From NCBI GenBank assembly GCA_001771185.1, contig METB01000001.1:252631-308847 (forward strand): a stretch of 56,217 nucleotides of DNA, in the 5' to 3' direction. Origin of the DNA: a candidate division Kazan bacterium RIFCSPHIGHO2_01_FULL_44_14. Lineage in GTDB: Bacteria > Patescibacteriota > Kazan-3B-28. The notes beneath the pieces were generated by a model. It saw only the letters and a list, made by a program, of their open reading frames with translations. It had not been told where the DNA came from and made no database searches. Positions 18,390 through 27,339 of the stretch are shown in pieces. Within the stretch, counting starts at the first letter, position 1; each line of letters opens with the position of its first letter. Position numbers and translations under genes: made by a program.

Positions 18390-18431
18390 ATTCTACCCCC
18401 ACTGACCACTAGCTACTAAATGTGCTAGATA

Positions 18432-19085
18432 CTAACTCGCTGGAGTTCCCAGCGCGGTTGGTTCCAAAATATATACCACCGGTCCTTCCTCTGGAAGGGT
18501 GGTTTTATTGATGGTCAGATTAGTCGCTCGATGGATGGTGGCACCTAGACGATGAAGAAATTGTTCGGCACCGACAACATCGATTTTGAGTCCGGTCACG
18601 GCGAAGTGCATTGGAATAACTAATTTTGGTTCTAATTGACGGACCAATTCAATGGCGGTCTCAATTGGCAAAGTATATTTCCCTCCAACTGGGACCATCA
18701 AAACATCAATGTCACCTAGTCCATCAATTAATTCGCTGTCGGGGATATGTCCCAAATCTCCACAATGTAAAATCCTTAAACCGTCAATTACGAATAGGAA
18801 CATCGTATTCCTCCCCCGCTCGGCTCCACCGGCCTCATCATGAAAAGTTCGGATCCCGTGAATCCGAGTGCCTCTGAATTCAAACTCACCGGGTGTGTCA
18901 AAAACTATTTTGGCATTTACTCCGGCGATATAATTGTGGTCGAAATGGTCATGGCTAATCGTCACCACATCAGCCATTAGTGATGGAAGCGCAAAACCAA
19001 TATCGGGGCTAAATGGATCGGTTACTACCACAACGTCACGGCCCTTCATTTGAAAACAGGAATGACCTATCCATGTGATATCCAT
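18432..19085 (-). CDS. MBL-fold metallo-hydrolase (Lactamase_B_3-like)
   Basis: MDITWIGHSCF, DPF, SHDHFDH, HCGDLG, PMH; GGAGG RBS before ATG 19085. Confidence 0.9.
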   Translation of the reverse strand: MDITWIGHSCFQMKGRDVVVVTDPFSPDIGFALPSLMADVVTISHDHFDHNYIAGVNAKIVFDTPGEFEFRGTRIHGIRTFHDEAGGAERGRNTMFLFVIDGLRILHCGDLGHIPDSELIDGLGDIDVLMVPVGGKYTLPIETAIELVRQLEPKLVIPMHFAVTGLKIDVVGAEQFLHRLGATIHRATNLTINKTTLPEEGPVVYILEPTALGTPAS

Positions 19086-19193
19086 ATGACCTCCTATTAT
19101 TCCCCCTGACCCTGGTTTCAGTGTATCATAAACCACGAAAGGGGTTCATGACGCCGCCATAGGTCATGTAAAGGGATGGGGATAAATTGACTT

Positions 19194-19250
19194 GCGGGTG
19201 TGGTTCAATGGCAGAACCTGCCTACCGGCAGGCAGGCACGTCCCGCCCCA
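19194..19250 (+). pseudogene. tRNA remnant whose anticodon and T arms are replaced by a REP palindrome
   Basis: GCGGGTG TG GTTC AATGGCA GAAC + CCTGCCTACCGGCAGGCAGG (19217-19236) + CACGT CCCGC CCCA. Confidence 0.6.
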
Positions 19251-19256
19251 GATCCA

Positions 19257-19330
19257 GTGGGATTAGTACAATGGTAGTATGCAACCTTCCCAAGGTTGAG
19301 ACGCGAGTTCGATTCTCGTATCCCACTCCA
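19257..19330 (+). tRNA. tRNA-Gly(CCC)
   Basis: GTGGGAT...CAACC TTCCCAA GGTTG...GCGAG TTCGATT CTCGT ATCCCAC TCCA. Confidence 0.95.
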
Positions 19331-19541
19331 ATCTAAAAACCTGGTTTACATAGATAAAACTGGGGACCCCGAAATGGTCTAGTTTCGACAAAAGAAGGAA
19401 CGAACATTTTGGGGAAGAGGAACAACGCCGAGTCCCAATAGGTCAGTGAGTTTACCGAACTGACCGTTAAGACGAGGCCGTTGCGACGAGACGGCGGGGC
19501 CCCACAGCAGTGGGGATACACTTCTCGTATCCCACTCCAAT
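19313..19541 (+). mobile_element. ~190-bp element bounded by a 20-bp duplication of the tRNA-Gly 3' end
   Basis: ttctcgtatcccactccaat at 19313-19332 and 19522-19541. Confidence 0.6.
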
Positions 19542-19598
19542 ACCCAAAGAAAAAAGCCACAAAAGATAAGTGGCTTTTTTGAAATGAGTTTGCCAGGT

Positions 19599-20015
19599 TT
19601 AGTCGTGAGCCGAGCAAGTTTTGCGGGCTTGCTGGACGAGATATGTCCTGAAAGTCGGCAGAAGATTAGCTTTCTTCACTGACTGCTCAAAACACTCAAC
19701 GAGGGTCGTGTTGTGATACAACTCTCTAAGACACTGATCAAAATCCCGCTTGGTTTGACTCAGAATCCATTCGAGCTGTTCTCTAACCCCTTCTCCAAAA
19801 AAGTCGTACTTTGCCTGGTCGATAACCTGTTGGATTGCCTCCCAGTCATTATGCAACTGTGCTCTTTTTACCTCTGGCGTTTCATCGCGACCACGAGTGA
19901 GGTCGCTTGACCGACGAAGAAAGGTCAGCGGTAAAACCGATTTAAACTTGGCAACTAATTCACTAAAGTGCATGCTACTCACACACATCACCTCCCAAAG
20001 ATGTTTGTGGGCCAT
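19599..20015 (-). CDS. Hypothetical helical protein
   Basis: GGAGG RBS before ATG 20015 (MAHK...); preceded by a REP-like hairpin at 20058-20128. Confidence 0.55.
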   Translation of the reverse strand: MAHKHLWEVMCVSSMHFSELVAKFKSVLPLTFLRRSSDLTRGRDETPEVKRAQLHNDWEAIQQVIDQAKYDFFGEGVREQLEWILSQTKRDFDQCLRELYHNTTLVECFEQSVKKANLLPTFRTYLVQQARKTCSAHD

Positions 20016-20168
20016 AAAGACCTCCCCCACCTTATCTGACGGCGGGAGATGTGTCAACCCGGTAGAGCAAATTTCATATATCCGTAGAGGATATCGGCAC
20101 AGAGCGCAATGAAATTTCTTCTACTGGGTAAACCCTAAAATAAAAATTGTTCTGATGGACAATTCTCA

Positions 20169-20368
20169 TTTTCTGGCGGGAGCGACGGGACTGTATCCCC
20201 AATAGGATTGGGCCCCGCCGTCGGACTGCATTAATGGGACTGTAGCACTGTATATTTTGGCAGTCCTCCTAGCAAACCCTTGCTTCGCACGGGTTCTCGC
20301 CCACGTCGCTCTAAACAAAAACATCCCTTATAGGATGTTTCCGTTTTTCTGGCGGGAGCGACGGGACT
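20169..20368 (-). mobile_element. ~150-bp element bounded by a 24-bp duplication of the tRNA-Asp 3' end
   Basis: ttttctggcgggagcgacgggact at 20169-20192 and 20345-20368. Confidence 0.6.
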
Positions 20369-20426
20369 CGAACCCGCGACCTCCTCCGTGACAGGGAGGC
20401 GCTCTAACCAACTGAGCTACGCCCCC
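20350..20426 (-). tRNA. tRNA-Asp(GTC)
   Basis: Reverse complement GGGGGCGTAGCTCAGTTGGTTAGAGCGCCTCCCTGTCACGGAGGAGGTCGCGGGTTCGAGTCCCGTCGCTCCCGCCA. Confidence 0.96.
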
Positions 20427-20448
20427 TCCCGCCCTAACTAGAACCCGC

Positions 20449-20985
20449 TTATTTTAGTATATCTACCCAGATAACGCCAGGGTCGTCTGGGTCGGTCTGT
20501 AGACGGTACAGAACGCCCTTAGTCAAATGAATAAAGATAACCGGCGACTGATCATTGGCTGTTTCTTGTTTGCTGATTTCTATATTTCTAATAGGTCCAC
20601 GGTTTATCTCTATAACGGATTGCCCATTGAAAACATTCTCCCCGGCATCATCTTGGCGACTAGTGTCGTACATCGTCAAGTATAATGCCTTAATGGGATC
20701 ATTGACTGGGCTTTGAACAGCTCTCACCGGTGGCGTGGCAATGTCTTCTAGCATGCTGGGTCGATTCATTTGAGTGATTATTTTTACCCGATAGACACTG
20801 TCTAATTCCTCCCATGCAATGTCTCGAAGCAGATGAAATCCGCCTGTCTGGCCTATCTCCTGCACATTGCCGGTAAAACCCTCTCGGGTGGCTCGTTGAA
20901 CAGACCAGCTAGTCGATATAACATACACCGAGACAAAAATACCCAACAGAACAATTACACCTACGATCCTTAGTAGAAGTTTCAT
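20449..20985 (-). CDS. Membrane-anchored hypothetical protein (AMIN-like beta domain possible)
   Basis: N-terminal TM; ends DPGVIWVDILK; ATGA overlap with the upstream gene. Confidence 0.7.
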   Translation of the reverse strand: MKLLLRIVGVIVLLGIFVSVYVISTSWSVQRATREGFTGNVQEIGQTGGFHLLRDIAWEELDSVYRVKIITQMNRPSMLEDIATPPVRAVQSPVNDPIKALYLTMYDTSRQDDAGENVFNGQSVIEINRGPIRNIEISKQETANDQSPVIFIHLTKGVLYRLQTDPDDPGVIWVDILK

Positions 20986-21605
20986 ACTCGATGGTCTTTA
21001 ATAAAATCTATTAATTCAGTCGCTGTTACTGATTTGTCAGCGGTGGCTTCCTTAACTAACCGAGTAATGTCTTCTTGAATTAAAGCCGGGTTTGATATCT
21101 GCTCCAACATCAAATCATTGGCTCCAGCGGACTGAACAATAACTGTTCCAAAATTAAACATAGTCGGTGATAGCCCTTTGATAATATGAGTGATATTTTG
21201 GATTTTATCTAGTTCGACTTCCGCTACCCGGCGATGGAGTAAGCTTCTCTGGTCAATGTTAATCAGTCGCTGGGTAGTGATAATAAATTGGTCGCGATAC
21301 CAATTGATATATTGGTAAACCATATAACCAACCCAAAACACCATCCAGAAATAGTAGAGTACAGTGGTAATACCGTAGGTAAAGATGAACTTGGCAAAAT
21401 TCAACCAAATCGGGATAGCAAATGACAGTAAAATGATGCTAATCGCTTTCAACATTGGTGCTACCACCACAAACCAATGTTTGAACATGATTGACACTAC
21501 TTCTTCATCTTCTCTCTGACCGAGGAACTCGGGGATAAATTTAGGTTGGTTGGTCAAATCAGTTCTATAGATTAACTCATATATAATGAAAGCAATGACC
21601 GGCAA
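20982..21605 (-). CDS. PH-domain (bPH_2-like) membrane protein
   Basis: Two TMs, then FIITTQRLINIDQRSLLHRRVAEVELDKIQNIT...FNFGTVIVQSAG. Confidence 0.85.
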   Translation of the reverse strand: MPVIAFIIYELIYRTDLTNQPKFIPEFLGQREDEEVVSIMFKHWFVVVAPMLKAISIILLSFAIPIWLNFAKFIFTYGITTVLYYFWMVFWVGYMVYQYINWYRDQFIITTQRLINIDQRSLLHRRVAEVELDKIQNITHIIKGLSPTMFNFGTVIVQSAGANDLMLEQISNPALIQEDITRLVKEATADKSVTATELIDFIKDHRV

Positions 21606-21698
21606 AAAACGAGATTGGAAACGGACTGTATGGGTAGTACTAACAATAATCCTTGCCGTCAGTTTGATTTTACCCTATACAATTAGTTTGTTCTATTA

Positions 21699-21773
21699 GC
21701 CCTCGTAGCTCAACGGATAGAGTAGCCCCGTCCTAAGGGGTTGATGGAGGTCCGATTCCTCCCGAGGGCGCCA
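21699..21773 (+). tRNA. tRNA-Arg(CCT), with non-canonical G32 and a TCCGATT T-loop
   Basis: GCCCTCG...GCCCC GTCCTAA GGGGT...GGAGG TCCGATT CCTCC CGAGGGC GCCA. Confidence 0.88.
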
Positions 21774-21786
21774 GAAAAATTGTCAT

Positions 21787-21861
21787 CGGGGTGTGGCCTA
21801 GTGGTAAGGCGCAAGGCTGGGGGTCTTGAGACCGCAGGTTCGAATCCTGTCACCCCGACCA
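21787..21861 (+). tRNA. tRNA-Pro(GGG)
   Basis: CGGGGTG...CAAGG CTGGGGG TCTTG...GCAGG TTCGAAT CCTGT CACCCCG ACCA. Confidence 0.95.
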
Positions 21862-21983
21862 ATTCATACACACGGAGCGCTCCGCAAGGAGCGCGTAGGG
21901 ATTAACCCAGTCCGATTTTGGTTGTGGGTATGTATAAAAATAGCCCCGGCAAGCCGGGACTATTTTTTAAGTGTCGTAATTAA

Positions 21984-22316
21984 TTACCGACGACCAAATC
22001 CGCCACTGCGACCACCCCGGTCGCCACCCCGGTCGCCACCACGCATAGGAGGACGCTCCGAGCGCTCACCCATGGGACGGGCTTCGTTGACCACAATAGC
22101 GCGTCCACCCATATCGTAACCGTTGTATTTCTCAACAGCTGCAAGGGCTTCTTCGTCATTTGGCATTTCAACAAAACCAAATCCGCGGCTCCGGCCGGTG
22201 AACTTATCAGTTAACACCGAGGCAGAGTCAACCGCGCCAGCCCCGGAAAAAATTTCCCGCAACTGGTCATCGGTCGTGTCGTACGGCAAATTGCCGACAT
22301 ACAGTTTCTTTGACAT
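21984..22316 (-). CDS. RRM (RNP-1) RNA-binding protein with Gly/Arg-rich tail
   Basis: KKLYVGNL, RSRGFGFVEM, VNEARP; terminator-like hairpin at ~21936-21968. Confidence 0.95.
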   Translation of the reverse strand: MSKKLYVGNLPYDTTDDQLREIFSGAGAVDSASVLTDKFTGRSRGFGFVEMPNDEEALAAVEKYNGYDMGGRAIVVNEARPMGERSERPPMRGGDRGGDRGGRSGGFGRR

Positions 22317-22536
22317 AAAACTTCTAATACTTATCCTCTATAACACTTCCTGTTTTACGACCAAAGAAATTTGCAACTTTTATGTTGTCGCTGTCGTCGG
22401 GCCGAGAAAAGATTGCTCCTTCTACTTACCAGACCGAAGGGACTATGAAGTCCCAGACCGCAAAAATCCAAACAGGTAACAAAGCCATCATACCCTGAAG
22501 GTCCTTACTGTCAAGTAGATTTATCCGGTTGGGTTC

Positions 22537-23175
22537 CTAGACCTTATCAGGCGGATTGACCGCCTCGGCATTGTGAAGTTCAATCTCTTGGCGGTACTCA
22601 TCAGCGGACTTAGTGTTTCCGGCTGCGTCATAGTAGTCCACTAGGGCTCTCAAGATCGAGATATCTCGGTTGGTGGATTTAAGCGCCTGTAATAGAATTG
22701 GTAAAATTTTAGGATGCCGGTCCCCCTTCTCGTCAGTTGGCCAGCGATTATAGAGGTTGGCTAAATTAAGATAAGAAGTGGGATTGGTCGGCTCCAGCAC
22801 GATGGCCTTTTGATAAGCCCGTTCCGCATCTTCTAACTGTAGAAGTTCACGGTAAGTATTGCCCAGGTTGTTCCAGGGCAAAGCATTTTCCGGCTGGGTC
22901 TCGGTGGCCTTTAAATAATATTTTTCGGCCTTGTTCAATTGGGATAAATTATAATAGCCGACCCCGGCCTGCATCATCGCCTCAAAATTGTCGGGACTGC
23001 GTTTCAGTTCAATTAGAGCTGCCAAAATCGAGTTGTAGGCCTTCAGGGACCGAGCATTAAATTCGCCTGGCCCCCAAAACCGATACCAAGTACCGGCACC
23101 CGCCAAGAGCACCAGCACTAAAATCAGCGGGGCAAATTTTCTCCAAAAAGTTTTAAGATGATACGGAAACGCCAT
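22537..23175 (-). CDS. Membrane-anchored TPR protein
   Basis: N-terminal TM; AEKYYLKA, PWNNLGNTY, AERAYQKAIVLEP. Confidence 0.85.
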   Translation of the reverse strand: MAFPYHLKTFWRKFAPLILVLVLLAGAGTWYRFWGPGEFNARSLKAYNSILAALIELKRSPDNFEAMMQAGVGYYNLSQLNKAEKYYLKATETQPENALPWNNLGNTYRELLQLEDAERAYQKAIVLEPTNPTSYLNLANLYNRWPTDEKGDRHPKILPILLQALKSTNRDISILRALVDYYDAAGNTKSADEYRQEIELHNAEAVNPPDKV

Positions 23176-23245
23176 AAGTCGATAAATACATTTTACTACA
23201 GTCGGGCTGATAAAATCTTTACGGTCTAATCGGATCGCCCCTCAA

Positions 23246-23279
23246 TACCGAAAACTGAACGGCCGTTCAGTTTTCGGTA
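23246..23279. repeat. Perfect 34-bp palindrome overlapping the stop of the PaaX-like gene
   Basis: taccgaaaactgaacggccgttcagttttcggta. Confidence 0.9.
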
Positions 23280-23743
23280 ACCAGATTCCCCACGATTAAA
23301 TTGACGTACTTGCCTAGCCCATGATATCTGACTACCAGATGTACTAAATCCTCGCAGGGCAGTGGCGATACCCAAACACTTTGTTGTCGCATCTTAAAGC
23401 CCAGCTCCACTAGATGACGACGGAAAAAATTACGACTGCGTTTCATTTTCTCTGGGATATCAAAAATAACTATCCGCAGTTTGCCATCTGACTTTCTTTG
23501 TTTGATAATCTCTTTCAGCAAATTAATCCTGGCTAAATCGGTGATTTGGAATCGACCATCTGCCAGTTCCGTAATATACCCCGAATTCTGTAGATATTTG
23601 AAGGTACGGTTTTCTTTGGACGCCTGGGCATTAAGAACACCTCGTCGCTGTTGTAACGATGCTCGCATCTGAAATGCGCCCCCGCCATCGACTAATCGGA
23701 ATAGTGCCTTCATCAATCGGTATGCCCCACGACTATTGTGCAT
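23267..23743 (-). CDS. PaaX-family-like regulator (wHTH plus Cas2/VapD-like domain)
   Basis: FKYLQNSGYI...FQITDLAR; DGKLRIVIFDIPEKMKRSRNFFRRHLVELGFKMRQQSVWVSP; likely start ATG 23743. Confidence 0.8.
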   Translation of the reverse strand: MHNSRGAYRLMKALFRLVDGGGAFQMRASLQQRRGVLNAQASKENRTFKYLQNSGYITELADGRFQITDLARINLLKEIIKQRKSDGKLRIVIFDIPEKMKRSRNFFRRHLVELGFKMRQQSVWVSPLPCEDLVHLVVRYHGLGKYVNLIVGNLVTEN

Positions 23744-23756
23744 ATTTTTATTATAA

Positions 23757-23786
23757 CCGAATATTGAACGGCCGTTCAATATTCGG
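23757..23786. repeat. Perfect 30-bp palindrome just upstream of the PaaX-like gene
   Basis: ccgaatattgaacggccgttcaatattcgg. Confidence 0.9.
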
Positions 23787-24020
23787 GAAGAGGCAGGGAG
23801 TAGTAGCGTCTTACAACTCGGAACTCGGAACTCGGAACTGACCAATAAATCCATCTCCTCTCTCGCGCTTAGGGACATGATATAATACGCTGTTGTCGGA
23901 ACTGGGTAGTATTTGCTTAAATTGTTTCCAATCATCCAGTCCACTGTTCTTTGACTAATTGAATTATCGCTATGGCAACCGCTATGGCAAACGCCATAAT
24001 AACTAACCTAGAATTAATTT

Positions 24021-24842
24021 ATGAAATCCCTGATTTATTGGGGAGGTCTTCTGTTGGGAGTCCTGTGTCTATTTGCTGGACCGCGCCTGATCGCGCCAAT
24101 GGCTTACGCCGAGGAGCAGGCACCGATTCTCGACAGTTGGTCGCCAACCCAAATCGATAGTAAAAGTTTTGGCGGAGCTACTATTGTTGTTACTGGTCAA
24201 CTATGGCCAAACAAACAATACGGTCTATCGGCATTTCTATTTGACAGACAGACCCTGACTCGGATTCCGCTAACCACCTTCAGTTACACTCCGTTGGATA
24301 ATCGGATGGTGGTGGAGATTCCCTTCCATATTGTCGTACCGGCAACTGGTCGGATGTATGACATTGGTCTAACAACCATTAACGGAACTCAAACTATCAC
24401 GGAGAACGCGATTTTGGTGGAGGTTCTACCAGAGTTAATCGCTACACCACCGAGTGGTGGCAATGACATCCCTGAAGTTACTCCCCCACTGATTACTCCT
24501 ACTCCAACTCCCGACATTGTCCGTGACACACCTAACGCACCTACAGTTTCTGGCTACACTCCTGACCGTATCGGATCGTCAGCATCGTCTGCCTCGATCG
24601 TCATCACCGGAGACAACTGGCCTGTGACTAATCACGGCTTGAGTGCCTACTTAGTCGATAGCACGACTGGTCAGCACATCAATCTTGAAACCATCAGTTA
24701 TGTGCCCGACGGTGGACGGCTAGTAGTCCAGACACCGGCTTACACCGTTGGCTCTCCCGCTAGTTTGTACGACTTGGTGATTATCACCATTAACGGCGAG
24801 AGAACCACGATTCATAACGCCATCGCCTATTCTGTCGTCTAA
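24021..24842 (+). CDS. Secreted protein with two duplicated IPT/TIG-like Ig domains
   Basis: Signal peptide; two ~100-aa repeats (SP..I.S...A.IV.TG..WP....GLSA.L.D..T...I.L.T.SY.P...R.VV..P) joined by a Pro/Thr linker. Confidence 0.75.
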   Translation: MKSLIYWGGLLLGVLCLFAGPRLIAPMAYAEEQAPILDSWSPTQIDSKSFGGATIVVTGQLWPNKQYGLSAFLFDRQTLTRIPLTTFSYTPLDNRMVVEIPFHIVVPATGRMYDIGLTTINGTQTITENAILVEVLPELIATPPSGGNDIPEVTPPLITPTPTPDIVRDTPNAPTVSGYTPDRIGSSASSASIVITGDNWPVTNHGLSAYLVDSTTGQHINLETISYVPDGGRLVVQTPAYTVGSPASLYDLVIITINGERTTIHNAIAYSVV

Positions 24843-24929
24843 AATTGTCGAATTTAAAACAGCCCTGTTTGTATAAACGGGGCTGTTTTTAGTATTAGTT
24901 GAGTTACCTTGAGAAATAAGAACCATCGC

Positions 24930-27158
24930 CTAAAAATCCGGAATCTTGTACTTTGGATCAATTTGGTTCAATACCTCAACCAGCGACTGGGCGGTTTGGT
25001 TGGTGGGATCAATCCGCAGAGCCATTATGATGTAATCGTAGGTTAAATCTGGTTGCCCCCGACGATAATAAAAACCAGCCAACCCGACATAACCGTTAAT
25101 CTCTTTTGGCAGCTTTTCAACAATTAGTCGCCGATATTTTTCGGCCAATTCCAAATGGCTCTGGTTCTCAAAAATACCGGCCAAGACATTTAAATTATCA
25201 AAAACAAAAATGTTATAGCCCAACTCCTTGGCTTTATTTAAATAACTTTCTGTATCCGCCGGATGGTCTAGGTAAGCAGCCACCAATGCCTTGTGAAAAT
25301 ACGGCTCTCCCCATGCTGGGTAGAGTGCAATGGCTTGATCGTAATAGTCATTGGCTTGAGCGTACTGACCGACCGTGGTGTAAAGATGTCCACCTGTCAA
25401 TCGACTACCTGGCCGATCGGGCGCCATATTAATTAAAACTTTCAGGGCATCTTCGGCCTTAGATAAATAAGACGCATCCCACAGCGCTAACTTGGCATAG
25501 AAACTAACTAGCCGATTGTAGTAAAAAGCCGAGTACGGCTCGTGAACGATAGTGTCTTTAACGAGTTCTGTTATCTGCGCCAGATAAGGTTCAACAGCGG
25601 TTTTTAGTTCGGCATCCGTTTGGACGTTATCGTAAGCCACCCCTCCCAGATCGATCAGTCGACTGCGGATACCGTTATCCAGCCAAGTTCCAGCGTCAAG
25701 CGCCTGGTCGATTTTTTTAAAGGCAACATCAAAATCTTGATGATAGTAATCTACAATCGCCCGACTGACTGTTTTATTTACTATCACTGGCTGAATAAAA
25801 CAAAAATAAGCGGACATTATCGCCAAGACGATAGTAGCCCAGCCCCAGAAAGCACCAGCCACTTTTGGGCGTGATGAATTGGCATGGGTTGCCGTTAACG
25901 CCAAGAGAAATCCGATGACCGGCAAAGTGGTGATGGTGTCAAAGGCAAATAAATTAAAAACAACCATCGCCGATAGCCCACCCAAAATGACAAATCCAAA
26001 AGCGGTCTGCCATTTTTCCCGACTACGATAAATCAGTTTCCAAGCAGTCCAAAGAGCCGTTAATAATAAGGCGAGATAAGCGGCAAGGCCAACCAGGCCC
26101 GTCATTACCAAAGTATCGATGACCCAGTTATGCCCTCGATCCACCCAGGTTTCTTGCATACTAATACTCTCTAATGCCGGTTGATAGTTGAGATTAAAAG
26201 CCACACCATAATTTTCTAACCCCCAACCTAGCCATGGCCGTTCTTGCCATGCCAGCCAACCACTCTGCCACGCCAACAACCGACCTTTGACGGTTTGGTC
26301 CGACAAAGTGATTTGGCTAATCCGTCGGAATAGAGTGACATTTTGTACTACTTCGCTATCGGCATATTGCTGGACTATTGTTCCCGTAAATAGAGCCAGA
26401 GCGATTACTGCAACGGATATCCAAATTAATCCTCGGCGCCGATAACGGATGCCCCAAGTAATCAATAAAATAATTGCCGTTACAACTACGGTTACCAACC
26501 CTCCACGGGACGCAGTTAGTAAAATAACAGCCAATTGCAACAAGGCGATAGTCCATAAACCCCGCTTAAGCCAAAGAGTTTCGGCCGTCAGCGCCGATAT
26601 GACCGTCATTGGCAACAAGATGGTCAAATATCCAGCCAAGAAAACGGCATTACCAATCAAACTATCTACCCGATAATTTTGAGCTTGAGCGATGAATGGA
26701 ATTGCTATGGCTTGTCCTAGTCCATAGAGCACTACGATTGCACTTCCTCCAATAATAACCCGTAGTAACGTCAACCACTCATGACGGTTCCGCAAAAAAC
26801 CAACCATTACATAAAAGAGTGCTCCTAAATGTAGCCAAGTTACCAGCCCGAATACGCGACCGGTTGACCCCCAGAAACTGACAAAAGGGTGAATGGCAAA
26901 GATTGTAGTTAACCCCAATATGGTCAGCCAGACAGTCATTGTCCAAGTCAGCCAATTAGCCGACGGCAAATCAGCTTCCCGTTTAATAATCAAATAGCCA
27001 TAGAGTACAACCGTCAGATCAACGGCAATAAAAAAGGCCATTGCTTTAATAAAACCTAGCCCCATAAACACATACCGAAAAGCCACCAGTGTACTCACCA
27101 AAGCGACAGCAATTAGCCAGAACAACACTGAATGTAGCCAGGTTTTTTGTTGGACCAT
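24930..27158 (-). CDS. O-antigen ligase (Wzy_C/WaaL-like) with C-terminal TPRs, copy 1
   Basis: Multiple TMs; GNAVFLAGYL, LTASRGG, RPWLGWGLENY, DRGHN; likely start ATG 27158. Confidence 0.9.
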   Translation of the reverse strand: MVQQKTWLHSVLFWLIAVALVSTLVAFRYVFMGLGFIKAMAFFIAVDLTVVLYGYLIIKREADLPSANWLTWTMTVWLTILGLTTIFAIHPFVSFWGSTGRVFGLVTWLHLGALFYVMVGFLRNRHEWLTLLRVIIGGSAIVVLYGLGQAIAIPFIAQAQNYRVDSLIGNAVFLAGYLTILLPMTVISALTAETLWLKRGLWTIALLQLAVILLTASRGGLVTVVVTAIILLITWGIRYRRRGLIWISVAVIALALFTGTIVQQYADSEVVQNVTLFRRISQITLSDQTVKGRLLAWQSGWLAWQERPWLGWGLENYGVAFNLNYQPALESISMQETWVDRGHNWVIDTLVMTGLVGLAAYLALLLTALWTAWKLIYRSREKWQTAFGFVILGGLSAMVVFNLFAFDTITTLPVIGFLLALTATHANSSRPKVAGAFWGWATIVLAIMSAYFCFIQPVIVNKTVSRAIVDYYHQDFDVAFKKIDQALDAGTWLDNGIRSRLIDLGGVAYDNVQTDAELKTAVEPYLAQITELVKDTIVHEPYSAFYYNRLVSFYAKLALWDASYLSKAEDALKVLINMAPDRPGSRLTGGHLYTTVGQYAQANDYYDQAIALYPAWGEPYFHKALVAAYLDHPADTESYLNKAKELGYNIFVFDNLNVLAGIFENQSHLELAEKYRRLIVEKLPKEINGYVGLAGFYYRRGQPDLTYDYIIMALRIDPTNQTAQSLVEVLNQIDPKYKIPDF

Positions 27159-27339
27159 ATCTTTAGTATCTAGCATTTAGTATTTAGTATCTAGAGGGAC
27201 AGGGCTGATTTGAGAATAGAGTATTTTTCAGGACATTGTCTCGTTCAGACAAGCAAAATGGTGGCTGAAAATAATCCGCTCCCAGATTTACAAAATCACC
27301 CATATCGGCTATACTCGGCGAGAGGATAAAGGGATAATT

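Noticed and set aside
19333-19521. Group I/II intron inside the tRNA-Gly-linked element
   Set aside because: No domain V/VI consensus or P7 motif, it is too short, and the upstream tRNA is already complete.
23267-23743. Bona fide cas2 / CRISPR locus
   Set aside because: It has an N-terminal wHTH (PaaX-like) and stands alone, with no array or other cas genes.
23744-23944. N-terminal extensions in the ORF track (also 5060-5143, 49380-49520, 7219-7419, 53985-54050)
   Set aside because: They translate repeats, palindromes or tmRNA antisense; downstream starts fit the RBS or family length better.
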